Assembly (NCBI GenBank): GCA_002506485.1
Contig: DAXQ01000076.1
Location: 1-50,965 of the forward strand
Source: Euryarchaeota archaeon UBA136
Lineage (GTDB): Archaea > Thermoplasmatota > Poseidoniia > MGIII > CG-Epi1
DNA: 50,965 nucleotides
Reading direction: 5' to 3'
The notes below the pieces were generated by a model. The model was not told the origin of the DNA and did not search any database. It saw only the letters and a list, made by a program, of their open reading frames with translations. The position numbers and the translations under genes were made by a program. This document shows positions 49,760 to 50,965 of the stretch, in pieces (position 1 is the stretch's first letter; each line of letters begins with the position of its first letter).

Positions 49760-50725
49760 TTATTCCACGTCCTCTTCATTTGTATCTCTTTTTTGTAAGT
49801 TTCCGTCATCTCTCTCCTCCCGCATCTCATCCATTTCTTCCTCGAAACGTTCCTCTTCAAGGTCATCCTTTTCATCAGCCTCTTTGGGTTCACCTACCCT
49901 ATATTCCAGAAAAGTAATAATGATTCTGATAATCAGACTTATTGCTACAAAGTATATTCCTATATCAAAACCAACTTTAGCATATTGTCTTAGACTGGGG
50001 ATGAAAATATAGTTGCTTGTAATATTGAATATCAAATATATGAAAATCACAAATTTCATGCTTTGAGGTAGAAAATTTCTAAGACGGCTATATCCTGAGG
50101 AATATTCATCATCTTCTTCTGAGGGTTCACTTTTCTTTTTACTAAAGGAAGGTACGATTCGCCACATGAGATAAGGTAAAATATAAATTAAGAACAAATC
50201 GCCGGCTTTTCTTTCATCTGTTTGTACCATCCAGGCACTTTGTCCGATGACACCTAGTAGAACACCTAAGAGGAAAAAATTAATTCCAAATATCAATACT
50301 GGCATAAATCCAGTAATTATCACCCTTTCTTCTGGTATCTGGAAACTGATTCCCTTTATCAAGGACATCATCCCAACATAGATCATACAGGAGCCAAGAA
50401 AGGTGGTGAATTCCAAGTCAAAGATCCATAATACAATTCCCCCAAACATAATGAAAATCAGGCCAAAAACCGCAAAACTAATAGCCCATTGTTTTTTTAT
50501 CACTTCAGGTGGTATTTCAATTTCTTCATCAGGCTCTGGTTCCTCTTTATGATCATCCATTTCATCAGGATTGTCTATACCTTCAGATATTTCTTCTGTA
50601 CCTGAAGCCTCCTCTAAATCATATGATTGCGTCTCCAAATATTTTGAATGCGAAGGCCGAGCTAGTAGAATAGTCATTGATACTAGAAGTATGGCAGCTA
50701 GAATAACCCAAAAATATAGTTCCAT
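49760..50725 (-). CDS. Hypothetical multi-TM protein with acidic linkers
   Basis: About 7 hydrophobic segments separated by E/D-rich stretches; start chosen at MELYFW (track start 50776 also possible). Confidence 0.7.
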   Translation of the reverse strand: MELYFWVILAAILLVSMTILLARPSHSKYLETQSYDLEEASGTEEISEGIDNPDEMDDHKEEPEPDEEIEIPPEVIKKQWAISFAVFGLIFIMFGGIVLWIFDLEFTTFLGSCMIYVGMMSLIKGISFQIPEERVIITGFMPVLIFGINFFLLGVLLGVIGQSAWMVQTDERKAGDLFLIYILPYLMWRIVPSFSKKKSEPSEEDDEYSSGYSRLRNFLPQSMKFVIFIYLIFNITSNYIFIPSLRQYAKVGFDIGIYFVAISLIIRIIITFLEYRVGEPKEADEKDDLEEERFEEEMDEMREERDDGNLQKRDTNEEDVE

Positions 50726-50848
50726 CACGTAATTCCAGCCTTCTAGAAGTACTAGCATCAGGTATGTATTCGCCACCAGAATAAATCAACTTGTTGGAGT
50801 GTGACATTCGAAATTCAATTTAGCGCTAGGCAGCCAACCCTCAATCTT

Positions 50849-50965
50849 AGGAGGTGATCCATCCGCAGGTTCCCCTACGGATACCTTGTTACGACTTAAC
50901 CCTCCTCGCTGAACCCAGATTCGAGCGTGTCAGAAGACAAACCCTCGTCCAGACCCAACTAAGGT
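50849..50965 (-). rRNA. rrs: 16S rRNA, 3'-terminal fragment (continues beyond the window)
   Basis: Reverse complement reads ...AAGTCGTAACAAGGTATCCGTAGGGGAACCTGCGGATGGATCACCTCCT (1492 site, helix 45, anti-SD). Confidence 0.97.

Noticed and set aside
50619..50807. 62-aa minus-strand ORF next to the 16S 3' end
   Set aside because: Overlaps the longer membrane-protein ORF in another frame and the probable rRNA trailer; no coding features

Overview
Gene-dense, AT-rich archaeal chromosome segment. It contains aIF2-gamma, a thermosome, Rpo10, eL18/eS6, aRF1, Dph5, aTrm56, Taw2/Taw3 and a 16S rRNA 3' end with no 23S downstream. This points to a marine Thermoplasmatota, most plausibly Marine Group III (Group II not excluded); the assignment is inferred from gene content. 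Most genes are housekeeping, interleaved with several bacterial-looking metabolic genes (homodimeric PDH E1 aceE, a Bacteroidota-like panB, a ROK fructokinase and a bacterial-type DHS). Three tRNAs are present: Leu-TAG, Pro-GGG and Val-GAC. The standout region is 21.2-35.2 kb, a complex I-like operon (nuoABCDHI-J1-J2-KLMN) with no NuoEFG and three modified subunits. NuoM carries an N-terminal signal peptide plus an intact type-1 blue-copper (plastocyanin/halocyanin-like) domain. NuoJ2 carries a ~190-aa external fibronectin-III/Ig-like insert. NuoI has four rather than two [4Fe-4S] motifs. The operon converges on a two-gene quinone-tail unit encoding a PAS-domain-fused MenA/UbiA prenyltransferase and a polyprenyl synthase predicted to make long chains. 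Two small ORFs missing from the ORF track were also found. No CRISPR array, transposase or integrase was seen. All calls come from motif recognition by eye; no searches were run.
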